Notes: generated by a model not told the origin, from the letters alone. 60,342 nt of DNA from a bacterium (GCA_021809895.1 JAJZJU010000001.1:1-60342); one strand, 5' to 3'. Shown: positions 44,293 to 53,679, counted from the first letter of the stretch. Numbers and translations: made by a program.

Positions 44293-44427
44293 GAGGCCTG
44301 GGCTGGCCGCGCCATCAAGCCAGGTTCTCCCCTTACGATGGGCTCCAATCGCTGCCGGCAGTCTCCACGCTCCGGGCCCCGGTCGCTGCTCTGGCAGCCG
44401 TAAGCCCAAGGCGCCAAGGAGACCGCC

Positions 44428-44832
44428 ATGCCTGATCAGCCGAACCCATCAGAGACCGACTTCGACTCGCTTGCCAATCTCGCGGCGCCCCAATCTAGGA
44501 TCGACCGGGCGCTCGGATACGTGCCCCGAGTCCTCTCCAGCAAGGCGCATATCTTCTTCCTGCTTGGCCTGGGCATGTATTTGGTGGTGCTGCCCTTCCT
44601 GGGAGTCGTGGTCAGCGCCAAGGCAGAGCTGATTGGCGGCAATTACACCAACGTGACCAGTGACATCGGGGCGTGCATCGCGGCCGGTGGCACCCTCCAC
44701 CTCATCCGCCAAACCCGTCGCCGCCACCGTCTTGAGGAGGAGCGGCTGCAGCTGACCAAGCAGATGCACCGGCTGCTCTTCCACGTCCACGCGGCCGCGG
44801 CCGCCAGCATGGGTCCGGAACCCACCGAGTAG
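44428..44832 (+). CDS. hypothetical membrane protein
   Basis: 134 aa with two hydrophobic segments. No family recognised. Confidence 0.4.
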   Translation: MPDQPNPSETDFDSLANLAAPQSRIDRALGYVPRVLSSKAHIFFLLGLGMYLVVLPFLGVVVSAKAELIGGNYTNVTSDIGACIAAGGTLHLIRQTRRRHRLEEERLQLTKQMHRLLFHVHAAAAASMGPEPTE

Positions 44833-44935
44833 CAGGGGATGGCGACGGAGTTGCCCGGTGCGGTGACCTTGCCTCCTCTGCCAACCGCTTGAGTCCGGTC
44901 GCGAGAGGAGGGCGGCCACCTAAACTCGCGCTGTC

Positions 44936-45589
44936 ATGCCGCCATTGGAAGATTCGGGTCCGGAGACCTGGCCACGCGAGGGCCAGCTGCTGGTGCAAGA
45001 CCCCAAAACCATGCGCGCCATAGCCCATCCCGCCAGAACCAGGATCCTGGAGCGCCTCGTGCTAGGCGGGCCGATGACGGCCACCGACTGCTCTGGGGCC
45101 ACCGGGCTCAGCCCGTCTGCCTGCAGCTACCATCTCCGGGTGCTGGGCCAAGCGGGGTTGGTCGAGGAGGTGCCCGAAGTCGAAGATCACCGCCGCCGAC
45201 CCTGGCGAGCCACCTTCACCAGTCTGGCCGTGGGGACGCCTGCCGGAACACCACTGTCCCCGGGCGAGGCCAGCGCGGAGCTCGCTGTCATCCGGCAGAT
45301 CATCGCTCACTCGGATCGGATGGCCTTGGCCTACTTCGAGCAGGAGCAGCAGGAGGAGACTGGCTGGCGCCAGGCGGCGGGCTTGGAGCAGACCGTCCTT
45401 GACGTTACCGCCGACGAACTGCGCTCCCTTCGCAACCGCTTGGTCCAGCTGCTCCAGCCGTATTCGGTCCAGGGGCGCCCTGCGGGACCACTGCACCACC
45501 TCCGCCCCGGTTCCAGGCTGGTGAACGTGGATGTGCGCCTGACTCCGATTCTGGATCCCGGTGCGCTTGCCCCCGACACCACCACCTAA
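44936..45589 (+). CDS. ArsR-family winged-helix regulator with C-terminal extension
   Basis: DPKTMRAIAHPARTRILERLVLGGPMTATDCSGATGLSPSACSYHLRVLGQAGLVEEV. Confidence 0.75.
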   Translation: MPPLEDSGPETWPREGQLLVQDPKTMRAIAHPARTRILERLVLGGPMTATDCSGATGLSPSACSYHLRVLGQAGLVEEVPEVEDHRRRPWRATFTSLAVGTPAGTPLSPGEASAELAVIRQIIAHSDRMALAYFEQEQQEETGWRQAAGLEQTVLDVTADELRSLRNRLVQLLQPYSVQGRPAGPLHHLRPGSRLVNVDVRLTPILDPGALAPDTTT

Positions 45590-45623
45590 TCAGGTTGGAC
45601 TAAGATTCCCCTCACAACCGAAT

Positions 45624-45750
45624 AGCCCCTCGGGCGAATGGGAATCCGGTGCGGGCATGGGCCCAAATCCGGAGCTGTCGCGCAACTGTGAGCGGGGAGC
45701 CTCAGCCAGAGTGCCACCGGGAGAGATCCTGGGAAGGCGGCAGAGGGGCT
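45624..45750 (+). promoter_or_regulatory. cobalamin (B12) riboswitch aptamer
   Basis: P1 is AGCCCCTC (45624-45631) paired with GAGGGGCT (45743-45750). Core elements GGGAATCCGGTG, AAATCCGGAGCTGTCGCGCAACTGTGAGC, B12-box-like AGTGCCACCGG and GGGAAGGCGG appear in consensus order. Confidence 0.8.
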
Positions 45751-45819
45751 GCGATCCGCGAGCCAGGAGACCGGCCCGAGCGGGTGCAGAGCATCCCCCG
45801 CGCGCAACGGGAAGGAAGG

Positions 45820-45871
45820 CCTCCGGCGGCAGGCCCAGTTTCCGCGTGGGGCCCAAGCAGCCGCCAGGAGG
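45820..45871 (+). promoter_or_regulatory. candidate RBS-sequestering hairpin (riboswitch expression platform)
   Basis: CCTCCGGCGGC (45820-45830) can pair with GCCGCCAGGAGG (45860-45871), which contains the AGGAGG RBS of the ATG at 45880. Confidence 0.45.
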
Positions 45872-45879
45872 TGGAGACG

Positions 45880-46359
45880 ATGAGGTCGTCTCAAGTGGCC
45901 AGCGCGATACTGGCCCCGATGTTCGCCGCGGCCCTGATGGCTGGTTGCGGATCGACGGCGGCGACCACGGGAGCTGCGGGCTCCCAGTGTGGGAGCGGCA
46001 ACCGGGTGGAGGTAGTGGTCGAGCTGGCGACCAAGAAGGTGGTGGAGAGCTGCGTCAGCTTCAAGGGGCCCGAGATCCCCGCCCAGACCGCGATGAAGCG
46101 CAGCGGGATCGAATACGCCGAGCAGCACTTCAGCTTCGGCAATGCGGTTTGCCAGATAGACCACGAGCCCACCTCCTACAGCAGCTGCTTCGCGTCCGGC
46201 AAACCCTATTGGGCCCTCTTCACATGGAGTGGCAAGGGACCGTGGAAAGCAGCTCAGGTCGGTGTCTCCGCCATCAAGTTGAGCAACGGGGACGCGTTGG
46301 GCTGGCACTTTGGAAGCGGCACCCCAGGGGCGCCACCCAAGCCACCCCACGGCAGCTGA
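45880..46359 (+). CDS. DUF4430-like secreted lipoprotein (candidate extracytoplasmic corrinoid-binding protein)
   Basis: Start moved to ATG 45880 after AGGAGG. Lipobox MFAAALMAGCGS. ...GIEYAEQHFSFGNAVCQIDHEP...PYWALFTWSGKGPWKAAQVGVSAIKLSNGDALGWHF matches the DUF4430 pattern. Confidence 0.6.
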   Translation: MRSSQVASAILAPMFAAALMAGCGSTAATTGAAGSQCGSGNRVEVVVELATKKVVESCVSFKGPEIPAQTAMKRSGIEYAEQHFSFGNAVCQIDHEPTSYSSCFASGKPYWALFTWSGKGPWKAAQVGVSAIKLSNGDALGWHFGSGTPGAPPKPPHGS

Positions 46360-46366
46360 CCAGATT

Positions 46367-47185
46367 GTGAACGCCCGGGCACTGCTGCTCTGGGTTGGCG
46401 CGGTCCTGCTGCTGTCGCTCGGAAGTGAGGACCCGGTCTACCGGGTCCTCACTCTGGCGGCGGCCGCAGCCGTGCTGGCCCGCCAGCACCGGCCCGGAGT
46501 GAGCCTTCGGCCGGTGACGAAGTGGGTGGGCCTGGTCTGTGTCCTGGCGGTGGGCTTCAACCTGTTGCTGAGCCACACCGGCCAAGACGTGCTTTTGACC
46601 CTCCCCACCTGGCTGCCGGCAATTGGCGGTCAGCTAACGCTTGAGGGAGCTGTCTACGGAGGCGACATAGCGCTGGGGCTCGGGGCCTGCCTGGTGGCCG
46701 CCACAACCATGGGGTTGGTGGTGGAACCGCAGCAATTGATCGACGCACTGCCTCAGAGCCTGCACCGCACCGGCGCGGCTCTGGGCGCCACCACCACCCT
46801 GCTGCCACGCCTTCGCTCCAGCTTCGTCGCGGTACGCGAGGCTCAGACGATGCGCGGGTGGCGGCCCCGTGGGCTCAGATCCCTGAGGGCGGTGGCGGTG
46901 CCATCCGTGCTCACAGCGATCGAGGGTTCCGTGCTGCTCGCCGAGGCGATGGAAGCCCGGGGCTTCGGCTCAGGGCGTCGGACCGCCGCCTTTCCGACCC
47001 CATGGACCTGGCTCAGCGTCGCGGTCGCGGCCGGCGCGGCGTCCAGCATCACCCTGTTTGCATTCGCCTTGATCAGCGGGTCGGTCAGCGGTTGGCAACC
47101 TTACCCGACCCTGATGGTGCCGGGCGTCAGTTGGATTCCGACCCTGGCCTGCGTGATGCTGGTGTTACCGGCCGTGCTGGGATGA
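46367..47185 (+). CDS. ECF transporter transmembrane (T) component, CbiQ/EcfT family
   Basis: Multi-TM protein with conserved ...AVREAQTMRG... Arg-containing coupling motif. GTG 46367 lies 8 nt after the upstream stop. Confidence 0.7.
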   Translation: MNARALLLWVGAVLLLSLGSEDPVYRVLTLAAAAAVLARQHRPGVSLRPVTKWVGLVCVLAVGFNLLLSHTGQDVLLTLPTWLPAIGGQLTLEGAVYGGDIALGLGACLVAATTMGLVVEPQQLIDALPQSLHRTGAALGATTTLLPRLRSSFVAVREAQTMRGWRPRGLRSLRAVAVPSVLTAIEGSVLLAEAMEARGFGSGRRTAAFPTPWTWLSVAVAAGAASSITLFAFALISGSVSGWQPYPTLMVPGVSWIPTLACVMLVLPAVLG

Positions 47186-48519
47186 CAGCGACCGCTCGCT
47201 TCAGCCAGTTCAGCTACTGGTACCCGGGCACGCGACAACCCGCCCTCAGTGCTCTGGAGATGGTGCTGGAGGAAGGGTTCATCCTGCTCACCGGCGAGTC
47301 TGGAAGTGGCAAGTCGACTCTGCTGCGCTGCCTCGACGGGCTGGTGCCCCACTTCCACGGCGGCCAGGCGCTCGGTGAGGCCGAGGTCCTCGGTTTGAAC
47401 CTGCGCCAGATCACTCCCAGGCGCTTGGCCGGGCGGGTTGCGATGGTCTTCCAGGAACCGGAGATGCAGATGGTGATGCCGGTGGTGGAGCAGGAGGTTG
47501 CCTTCGGGCCTGCCAACCTCGGCCTCGAAGCGGCGGTGGTCCGCCAGAGGACAGAGGCGGCCATGGCCTCGCTGGGCATCTCCCACGTCGCCCACCGCCA
47601 CCTGGATGCCATCTCCGGCGGCGAACGCCAACGGGTGGCGCTGGCCGGAGCTCTGGCAATGTCTCCGGATCTTCTGGTCTTGGACGAGCCCACCTCGCAG
47701 CTTGATCCGGAGGGCGCCCGGCAGCTCCGCCTGTGCCTGGACTCCCTGATCGCCAAAGGTGTGAGCGTGGTCGCGGCCGAACACCGGCCGCAGCGGCTTC
47801 CCGGAAAAGTGACCCAGGAGATCTCGTTGTCGGAGGGACACCTGAATACCGCTGGACTCAGCGCGAGCTGGCCCGCTCGAGCCACCTGCTCGCGGGCGTT
47901 TACGGACATCGCCTGGACGGCGGACGGCCTGGCCGCGGGGCACGGGTTTCCGATCTTGGAAGAGGTGAACCTGAGCTGCCGCCAAGGAGAGGTTGTCGCC
48001 GTAACCGGGCCCAACGGCGCCGGCAAGACAACCCTGTTGAGAAGCTTGGCAGGACTGCTGCCACCACTGAGCGGGAGGTTGGAACGGCGGCCCGGCCGAG
48101 CTGCCTACCTACCTCAGGACCCTGGCGCCCTCCTGCATCAGGCGACCGTCCGCCAAGAGGTGGAGCAGACCGCCAGGTGGCTCCGGCTTCCAGTGGAGGC
48201 CGATCCGCTGTTGGAGCAGTTCGGGATTTCGCCCCTGGCGGATCGGGATCCCCGAGACCTCAGCACCGGGCAAAGACAGAGAGTCGCGCTCGCCGCTGTC
48301 CTCATCGGCGAGCCTGAGATGGTGTTCTTAGACGAGCCCACCAGGGGAGCCGACCAAATGGCCCGGATGATGCTCATCGCCGCGATCGACCGGCTCGCCA
48401 GGGCCGGATCGGCGGTCACGGTGGCGACCAGCGACCGCGAGTTCGCGCAGCAGGTGGGCGACTCGACCTGGGTGGCTGAGTCGGGCCGCGTCACCGCCCT
48501 GGCACCGGCTTCGGCATGA
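47182..48519 (+). CDS. fused double ABC ATPase (EcfA1-EcfA2-like)
   Basis: Two NBDs: GESGSGKSTLL ... ISGGERQRVALAGAL ... LLVLDEPTSQLD, and GPNGAGKTTLL ... LSTGQRQRVALAAVL ... MVFLDEPTRGAD. ATGA overlap at 47182. Confidence 0.85.
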   Translation: MTATARFSQFSYWYPGTRQPALSALEMVLEEGFILLTGESGSGKSTLLRCLDGLVPHFHGGQALGEAEVLGLNLRQITPRRLAGRVAMVFQEPEMQMVMPVVEQEVAFGPANLGLEAAVVRQRTEAAMASLGISHVAHRHLDAISGGERQRVALAGALAMSPDLLVLDEPTSQLDPEGARQLRLCLDSLIAKGVSVVAAEHRPQRLPGKVTQEISLSEGHLNTAGLSASWPARATCSRAFTDIAWTADGLAAGHGFPILEEVNLSCRQGEVVAVTGPNGAGKTTLLRSLAGLLPPLSGRLERRPGRAAYLPQDPGALLHQATVRQEVEQTARWLRLPVEADPLLEQFGISPLADRDPRDLSTGQRQRVALAAVLIGEPEMVFLDEPTRGADQMARMMLIAAIDRLARAGSAVTVATSDREFAQQVGDSTWVAESGRVTALAPASA

Positions 48520-49382
48520 TCCTGATACTCGTCAGCCTGCTTGGAATGGGACTCTTCCTCTGGCCGTTCTCCGGACTGGGACTCCCCACCAGCACTCCCG
48601 CGTTGGCGATCGGGCTCGGCTCCGCGCTGGGGCTGCTGGTATTCGAGGTGGGGACGCGCCGGATGAACACCCGTTCCTTCGCTCTCCTGGCCGCGCTGAG
48701 CGCAGCCGACGCCGCCCTGCGCTCCGCCCTGGTGACGGGCATCGCGGGCTTCAGCCCCATCTTCTTACTGGTGCTCTGCGGCGGCTACGCGCTGGGCCCC
48801 AGCTTCGGGTTTTTGGTGGGGGCCGGGTCCCTGCTCACCTCGGCACTGGTCACAGGAGGGCTGGGCCCCTGGGTCCCATATCAGCTCTTCGCGGTCGGCT
48901 GGGTGGGGATGCTGGCGGGGGTCGCTGGCAGCTGGCACCGGAGCGGCCGCCCGGGTCGCCTGGACGTGGGACTTCTGGCCGCGGTGGGAGTGGTGACTGG
49001 GTTCGGCTTCGGGGTGGTCATGGACGTCTGGAATTGGACCTTCTACCTGGGGTCGGGCCAGCTGGGCTGGACCCCACATCTGGCACCGCTCTCGGCGGTG
49101 GATAGGTTCGCCCGCTATTACCTGTTGACGTCCCTGGGATATGACTCCTTTCGAGCCGTGGGCAACGCGGTCATGGTGATGCTTTTGGGACTGCCGATTC
49201 TGGTCGGCCTGCAACGGGTGGACCGGCGGCTGCACCTCCACTGGCCGCCTTCCGGTGTCGGCGCGGGCTCAGCGCATACGCCTCACGACGAGGCTGCTCG
49301 CGACCTTGTCGTGCCAGGCCTGGCGGTGGGGGTCCAGGGCCGCCCAAGCGAAGCCAACAAAGCAGGACGCGAGGTCCAATAG
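48516..49382 (+). CDS. putative ECF substrate-capture (S) component membrane protein
   Basis: About 6-7 TM protein. ATGA overlap with the ATPase gene. The last ~38 codons overlap the convergent RDD gene, so the 3' end may be over-extended. Confidence 0.55.
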   Translation: MILILVSLLGMGLFLWPFSGLGLPTSTPALAIGLGSALGLLVFEVGTRRMNTRSFALLAALSAADAALRSALVTGIAGFSPIFLLVLCGGYALGPSFGFLVGAGSLLTSALVTGGLGPWVPYQLFAVGWVGMLAGVAGSWHRSGRPGRLDVGLLAAVGVVTGFGFGVVMDVWNWTFYLGSGQLGWTPHLAPLSAVDRFARYYLLTSLGYDSFRAVGNAVMVMLLGLPILVGLQRVDRRLHLHWPPSGVGAGSAHTPHDEAARDLVVPGLAVGVQGRPSEANKAGREVQ

Positions 49383-49961
49383 GTAGCCGCAGGCCCGAAT
49401 GAAGCTGCGGCGGAACCCCAGCCTTCCGCCGTCCTCCGCCCGCACCACCCTGACTCCCACCAGCCACATCCCGGGAGTGCGCTCGAGGGCCCCCCAGAAG
49501 CCGGTGAAGTAGGCGGGAGGGATCAAGGCGGTGAGATCCGCAAGATGTGCCGCGGTGGCGGGCGGAGCCAAGCCGACAAATAGCCCGCCGATGACCAGGA
49601 CGTCCACCCAGAGTCCGCCGGCACGGGCCCAGAATCCCCCGTAGGTGTAACCCGGGAAGGGGCCGCGTCCCCGTATCCAAAGCAGCGATTCCCAGGTGGT
49701 CTCGGGAGCCATGGTTGCGCCCGGAAGATCGGCGAGCGCCGCCCGCAGCTGGCCCACGGTGATGGAGTCGTAGACCGCGTTGGTCCTCTCTCGCAACTCG
49801 TCGAGCGTCAGTCGCCCCGCGGCATGGTGCTCGGCCAGTTGCTCGGCGGCAGCGTCCCGATCCTGATCGGAAGCGCGCACCGAGGCTGAAGTGTGCCACC
49901 CGAAGTGGAAGCCGCCAAGGGCCGGAGGCTGTGGTTTGGGATGGCGGGACTGGGGGGCCAA
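49269..49961 (-). CDS. DUF1707 + RDD-domain membrane protein
   Basis: VRASDQDRDAAAEQLAEHHAAGRLTLDELRERTNAVY (DUF1707 pattern), followed by RDD-like TM segments. Confidence 0.7.
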   Translation of the reverse strand: MAPQSRHPKPQPPALGGFHFGWHTSASVRASDQDRDAAAEQLAEHHAAGRLTLDELRERTNAVYDSITVGQLRAALADLPGATMAPETTWESLLWIRGRGPFPGYTYGGFWARAGGLWVDVLVIGGLFVGLAPPATAAHLADLTALIPPAYFTGFWGALERTPGMWLVGVRVVRAEDGGRLGFRRSFIRACGYLLDLASCFVGFAWAALDPHRQAWHDKVASSLVVRRMR

Positions 49962-49963
49962 GG

Positions 49964-50533
49964 TCAGGTTCCAGGCGCTGCGGATTGGAGACCAACCTCC
50001 CAGTCTCTCGCCAACATCCCCATGTAGAGCAGATCGACGCGCTTCCCGTCGCGCAGCACCCGCTCCCGCAGCCGCCCCTCCTCGATGAAGCCAAGATTGC
50101 GATATAGGGCGATCGCAGCCTGGTTATCGGCGATCACATCCAGGCTCACGCGGTGCAGCCCCAGCTCGTGGAATGCGTACTTCAGCACCAGGCTCATGGC
50201 CTCGGCGCCCACCCCGCGGCCCCTCTCCGCCGGATCGCCGATCCCAATCGCCACCCAACCATGTCGGTTTACCCACTCGATGCCGCAGACGGCGACGAAG
50301 CCAAGCAGCCGGTCGTCGTCGAGGGCGCGGATGCGAAACTCAAAGTTGTTCGGATCCTCGGCTCCGGCCTCGTCACGCTCGCGGAAGTGGCCAGGTGCCA
50401 GAGGGCGGGCAGCATCGGTGTCAGCGAGACGACGGTACTGCGCATCCTCGCTCCAGCGGGAGAGAATCTCGGCATCGTCCTCCCGCGGCGCGCACAGTCT
50501 GACCAGGCGGCCTCGGAACAGATCGGGTGACAT
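49964..50533 (-). CDS. GNAT N-acetyltransferase (RimJ/RimL-like)
   Basis: ...IGIGDPAERGRGVGAEAMSLVLKYAFHELGLHRVSLDVIADNQAAIALYRNLGFIEEGRLRE. Confidence 0.8.
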   Translation of the reverse strand: MSPDLFRGRLVRLCAPREDDAEILSRWSEDAQYRRLADTDAARPLAPGHFRERDEAGAEDPNNFEFRIRALDDDRLLGFVAVCGIEWVNRHGWVAIGIGDPAERGRGVGAEAMSLVLKYAFHELGLHRVSLDVIADNQAAIALYRNLGFIEEGRLRERVLRDGKRVDLLYMGMLARDWEVGLQSAAPGT

Positions 50534-50576
50534 GGACCTCTCCTGGTGGAGGTGGGCAGACGATTAGGAGGCGAGT

Positions 50577-51908
50577 ATGCCAGAGGAGCCGGGAACGCCC
50601 CGGAGCGGCAGCGGGGATCCCAGGGCGTCCTCCTCGTTGTTCGCCACCGATCCCCATGGTCTTTCGCAGGCGGCTCCTTCGCGTCAGGATGGGGTGGCTC
50701 CCCTCAGGCACCTCCCGGAGGCGCTGAGGCTGCCACTGTTCCGACGCTATCTCCTGGGTCTCGGGCCACTCTCGCTGGGAACCTGGATGCAGCTTGTGGC
50801 GCTGGGCTACCTGACCCTGCAGGTGACTGGCTCGGTGGCGGCGGTGGGGCTGGTGGGAGCCGCCGACGGAATCCCCGCAGTGCTGCTCTCAGTTCCCGCC
50901 GGAGCGGTGGGCGACCAGTTCCCTCGGAGGCTGGTCTTGATGGTGGCCACCTCGGCCCTGGGCCTGACCTCGCTCGGATTGGCCCTAGCCGCCGGTCTCG
51001 GGAGGGCGTCCCTGCCAGTGCTGGTGGGAGCCGCGATCTGCTTCGGAGCCGCTGACTCGTTCAATGCGCCGAGTCGCCAGGCCCTGATAGCCGACCTGGT
51101 CCCCCGCGATCAGTTGGTGGGGGCGGCCACCCTCACCAGCAGCGTGGGCAGCGCCGCTCGAATCATCGGCCCCGCGGTGGCCGGGATCCTGCTGGGGACC
51201 CTGGGCGCAGCCAGTTGCTTCCTGGCGATGGCAGCGAGCGTCATCCCGCTACTTGGCGTCCTCAGCCACGGCCCGTGGCCGGTTGCAAGGACCAGCTCGA
51301 CCGAGATGGGGGCCCTCGGCAGGGTGCTGGAGGGCATGAGGTGGAGTCGGGCCGACCCGCTGGTCCGATCTGTCCTTCTCGGCAGCTTGACCCTGGGCGC
51401 GTTGGGAATCGGTTACATGCCCTACCTCCCCGTGTTCGCCCGAGAGCAGCTGCATGGTGGGGGCCAGGTGCTCGGTCTCATGTACAGCGTTGGCGGCATT
51501 GGAGCCCTGGCAGGTGGATTGGCGCTGAGCCTGTTCAGCCGCCGGCTGCGGCGAAATCGGCTGCTGCTGGCCGCCGCTCCCCTCTACGCCGCGGCCCTGT
51601 TCGGGCTCACCCGGGCCCCGACGCTGTGGTTGGCGATACCGTGCCTGGCCGGCATCAGTCTGGGCTTCATGGCCGCCAACACCGCGCTGCTGACCACCCT
51701 CCAGGCGGCGGCGCCGCCAGAGATGCGCGCGCGGGTCATGGCGCTGTACAGCCTCGCCTACGCTGGCGGTGGGCCATTGGGGACTCTCCTCTACGCGGGG
51801 CTGAGCCGGTTTGTCCCACTGTTCTCGGCCATCGCTGGAGGAGCAGTGGTGGTGGGGCTGGTCTTGCTCTGGACCGCCACTCGCCCCACCATGCGCGCTC
51901 TGCCCTGA
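50577..51908 (+). CDS. MFS transporter (EntS/MFS_3-like)
   Basis: 443 aa, 12 predicted TM segments, ...GAVGDQFPRRLVLM... loop motif. Confidence 0.7.
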   Translation: MPEEPGTPRSGSGDPRASSSLFATDPHGLSQAAPSRQDGVAPLRHLPEALRLPLFRRYLLGLGPLSLGTWMQLVALGYLTLQVTGSVAAVGLVGAADGIPAVLLSVPAGAVGDQFPRRLVLMVATSALGLTSLGLALAAGLGRASLPVLVGAAICFGAADSFNAPSRQALIADLVPRDQLVGAATLTSSVGSAARIIGPAVAGILLGTLGAASCFLAMAASVIPLLGVLSHGPWPVARTSSTEMGALGRVLEGMRWSRADPLVRSVLLGSLTLGALGIGYMPYLPVFAREQLHGGGQVLGLMYSVGGIGALAGGLALSLFSRRLRRNRLLLAAAPLYAAALFGLTRAPTLWLAIPCLAGISLGFMAANTALLTTLQAAAPPEMRARVMALYSLAYAGGGPLGTLLYAGLSRFVPLFSAIAGGAVVVGLVLLWTATRPTMRALP

Positions 51909-51930
51909 CCGGACTGGATATCCTCTGCCC

Positions 51931-53157
51931 GTGACATTGGAGTTCCGCCCCATCAGAAAAGAAGAGCTTCGACAGTTTGCCGGGGTAAACCTAACCGCCT
52001 TTGGCGAAGCCCTGGACAGCTGGCACGAGGGGTGGTTCGAGAGCCGCTTTGATGGCTCGACCACGGTGGCAGCCTTCGATGGGGCGATCTTGGTGGGCAG
52101 CTCGATGAGCATGCCGGTCACGGTCGCGGTCCCGGGCGGGACCGTGGCCGCCGCCGGCGTGACCGCGGTTGGGGTGCTGCCCACCCACCGCCGCCGAGGC
52201 ATCCTGCGCCAGATGATGGAGCGTTTGCTGCAAGAGGCGTCCTCGCAGCGGCTGCCGCTGGCGGTGCTATGGGCCAGTGAGGGCGGCATCTATTCGCGGT
52301 TCGGATTCGGGCCGGCAGCTCGTTCACTCGGAATCGAGTTGCAGCACCCCAAGGCGGCCATGATGCTCCGCCCCCGTACCGGCAGCATGCGACTGGTCTC
52401 CAAGGAGGAGGCGGTTGAGATCCTTCCCGCGGTGCACGATCGGGTCGTGAGCCAGAGGCCGGCCATGATTGTCCGCGACCGGGTGGGCTGGCACTACGCA
52501 CTCTCAGAGGAGGATCCCCACCTTCCGCGAGGGGAGGCTCACCTCTTCATCGTGGTGCACGAAACCGACCTTGGACCGGACGGCTACCTCGTCTACCGCA
52601 TCCGCCCGGACTGGTCCCCGCGTGGGCCGGAGAACACGCTGGTCGTGGTCGAGATGGCGGCGACGGATCCCGCGGCAACCGCCGAGCTGTGGCGCTACTG
52701 CACCGAGGTGGACCTGGTGCGACGGATAGAGGCGAACGGGCGAGGCTCCCGGCCGGTCGACGATCCCATCTGGTGGCTGCTGGATGACCCCCAGGCAATG
52801 GTCGCGACCATGGTGACGACGTTGTGGGCACGGGTTCTGGATGTGCCGGCGCTGCTGGAGGCGCGCCGGTACCAGCAGGACGGAGCGGTGACCCTGGGCG
52901 TTGGTGACAGCGCGGATGAGGACGGCTCGCGGTTTCGGCTGGAGGTCGAAGGCGGCAGGGGCCGCTGTCAGCCCACCAAGGGGCCGGCTGACATCCACCT
53001 GGGCTGGTCGGAGCTGGGCTCACTCAGCCTGGGCATGCCCTGCCTCTCCCAGTTGGTCGCCGCGGGTAGGGCGACGGCATCCTCGCAAGACCTGGCCCGC
53101 CGCGCGGACGCGCTCCTGGGCTGGGGCCCAGCCCCGTGGTGCTTCGAGGACATCTGA
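51931..53157 (+). CDS. Eis-like GNAT acetyltransferase with SCP2-like C-terminal domain
   Basis: GTG 51931 (VTLEFRPIRKEEL...). ...AAGVTAVGVLPTHRRRGILRQMMERLL...LAVLWASEGGIYSRFGFGPA, about 400 aa three-domain length. Confidence 0.65.
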   Translation: MTLEFRPIRKEELRQFAGVNLTAFGEALDSWHEGWFESRFDGSTTVAAFDGAILVGSSMSMPVTVAVPGGTVAAAGVTAVGVLPTHRRRGILRQMMERLLQEASSQRLPLAVLWASEGGIYSRFGFGPAARSLGIELQHPKAAMMLRPRTGSMRLVSKEEAVEILPAVHDRVVSQRPAMIVRDRVGWHYALSEEDPHLPRGEAHLFIVVHETDLGPDGYLVYRIRPDWSPRGPENTLVVVEMAATDPAATAELWRYCTEVDLVRRIEANGRGSRPVDDPIWWLLDDPQAMVATMVTTLWARVLDVPALLEARRYQQDGAVTLGVGDSADEDGSRFRLEVEGGRGRCQPTKGPADIHLGWSELGSLSLGMPCLSQLVAAGRATASSQDLARRADALLGWGPAPWCFEDI

Positions 53158-53238
53158 GCTTTAGATTTGGCGTCTCCGCGCAGAAGACGGGAGGGCTGAC
53201 GGGAAACCGCCTTGGCTGACCGCGCTGGTGTCGACGCT

Positions 53239-53679
53239 TCAGATGGGAGTGACCTCCACCAACCGATGCAGCCGCCAGGGTGTCATTGTGGTCTCCAGGT
53301 CCACCTCCAGCTCATGAGCCCCCCCCGGTGCCCTCGTCACCGTCTCGGGGTACTCGCAGACGGTCAGGTCTTCGAACCGAAGCCGCAGCCAGCACCGGCC
53401 AGGGCCGGCGGGTTTCCGATGGCTCACCCTCCAGGACAAGCCCGACCGGGCCGGTACCAGGGAACCACCCTGGGCGCGGCCTTCCGCTGACACCGCCAGC
53501 ATCCGTCCCAGCAGAGGAGGGGCCAGGAACCGCGCCAGGGCCAGGTCATCGCCGTGCGCTACCGCGCCCTCTATCCCATCCACCAACTGCCGCAAGCGTT
53601 GGCTGGTCTGGGCCTCACCGTCCCGACGCATCTGCCCAACCCCACCAAGGCCGAGCTTGAGCCGACCCCTACCGACCAT
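53239..53679 (-). CDS. hypothetical protein, last gene of the Tad operon
   Basis: 146 aa from ATG 53679 (11-nt overlap with the upstream stop). No family recognised, possibly an NTF2/Tim44-like fold. Confidence 0.4.
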   Translation of the reverse strand: MVGRGRLKLGLGGVGQMRRDGEAQTSQRLRQLVDGIEGAVAHGDDLALARFLAPPLLGRMLAVSAEGRAQGGSLVPARSGLSWRVSHRKPAGPGRCWLRLRFEDLTVCEYPETVTRAPGGAHELEVDLETTMTPWRLHRLVEVTPI

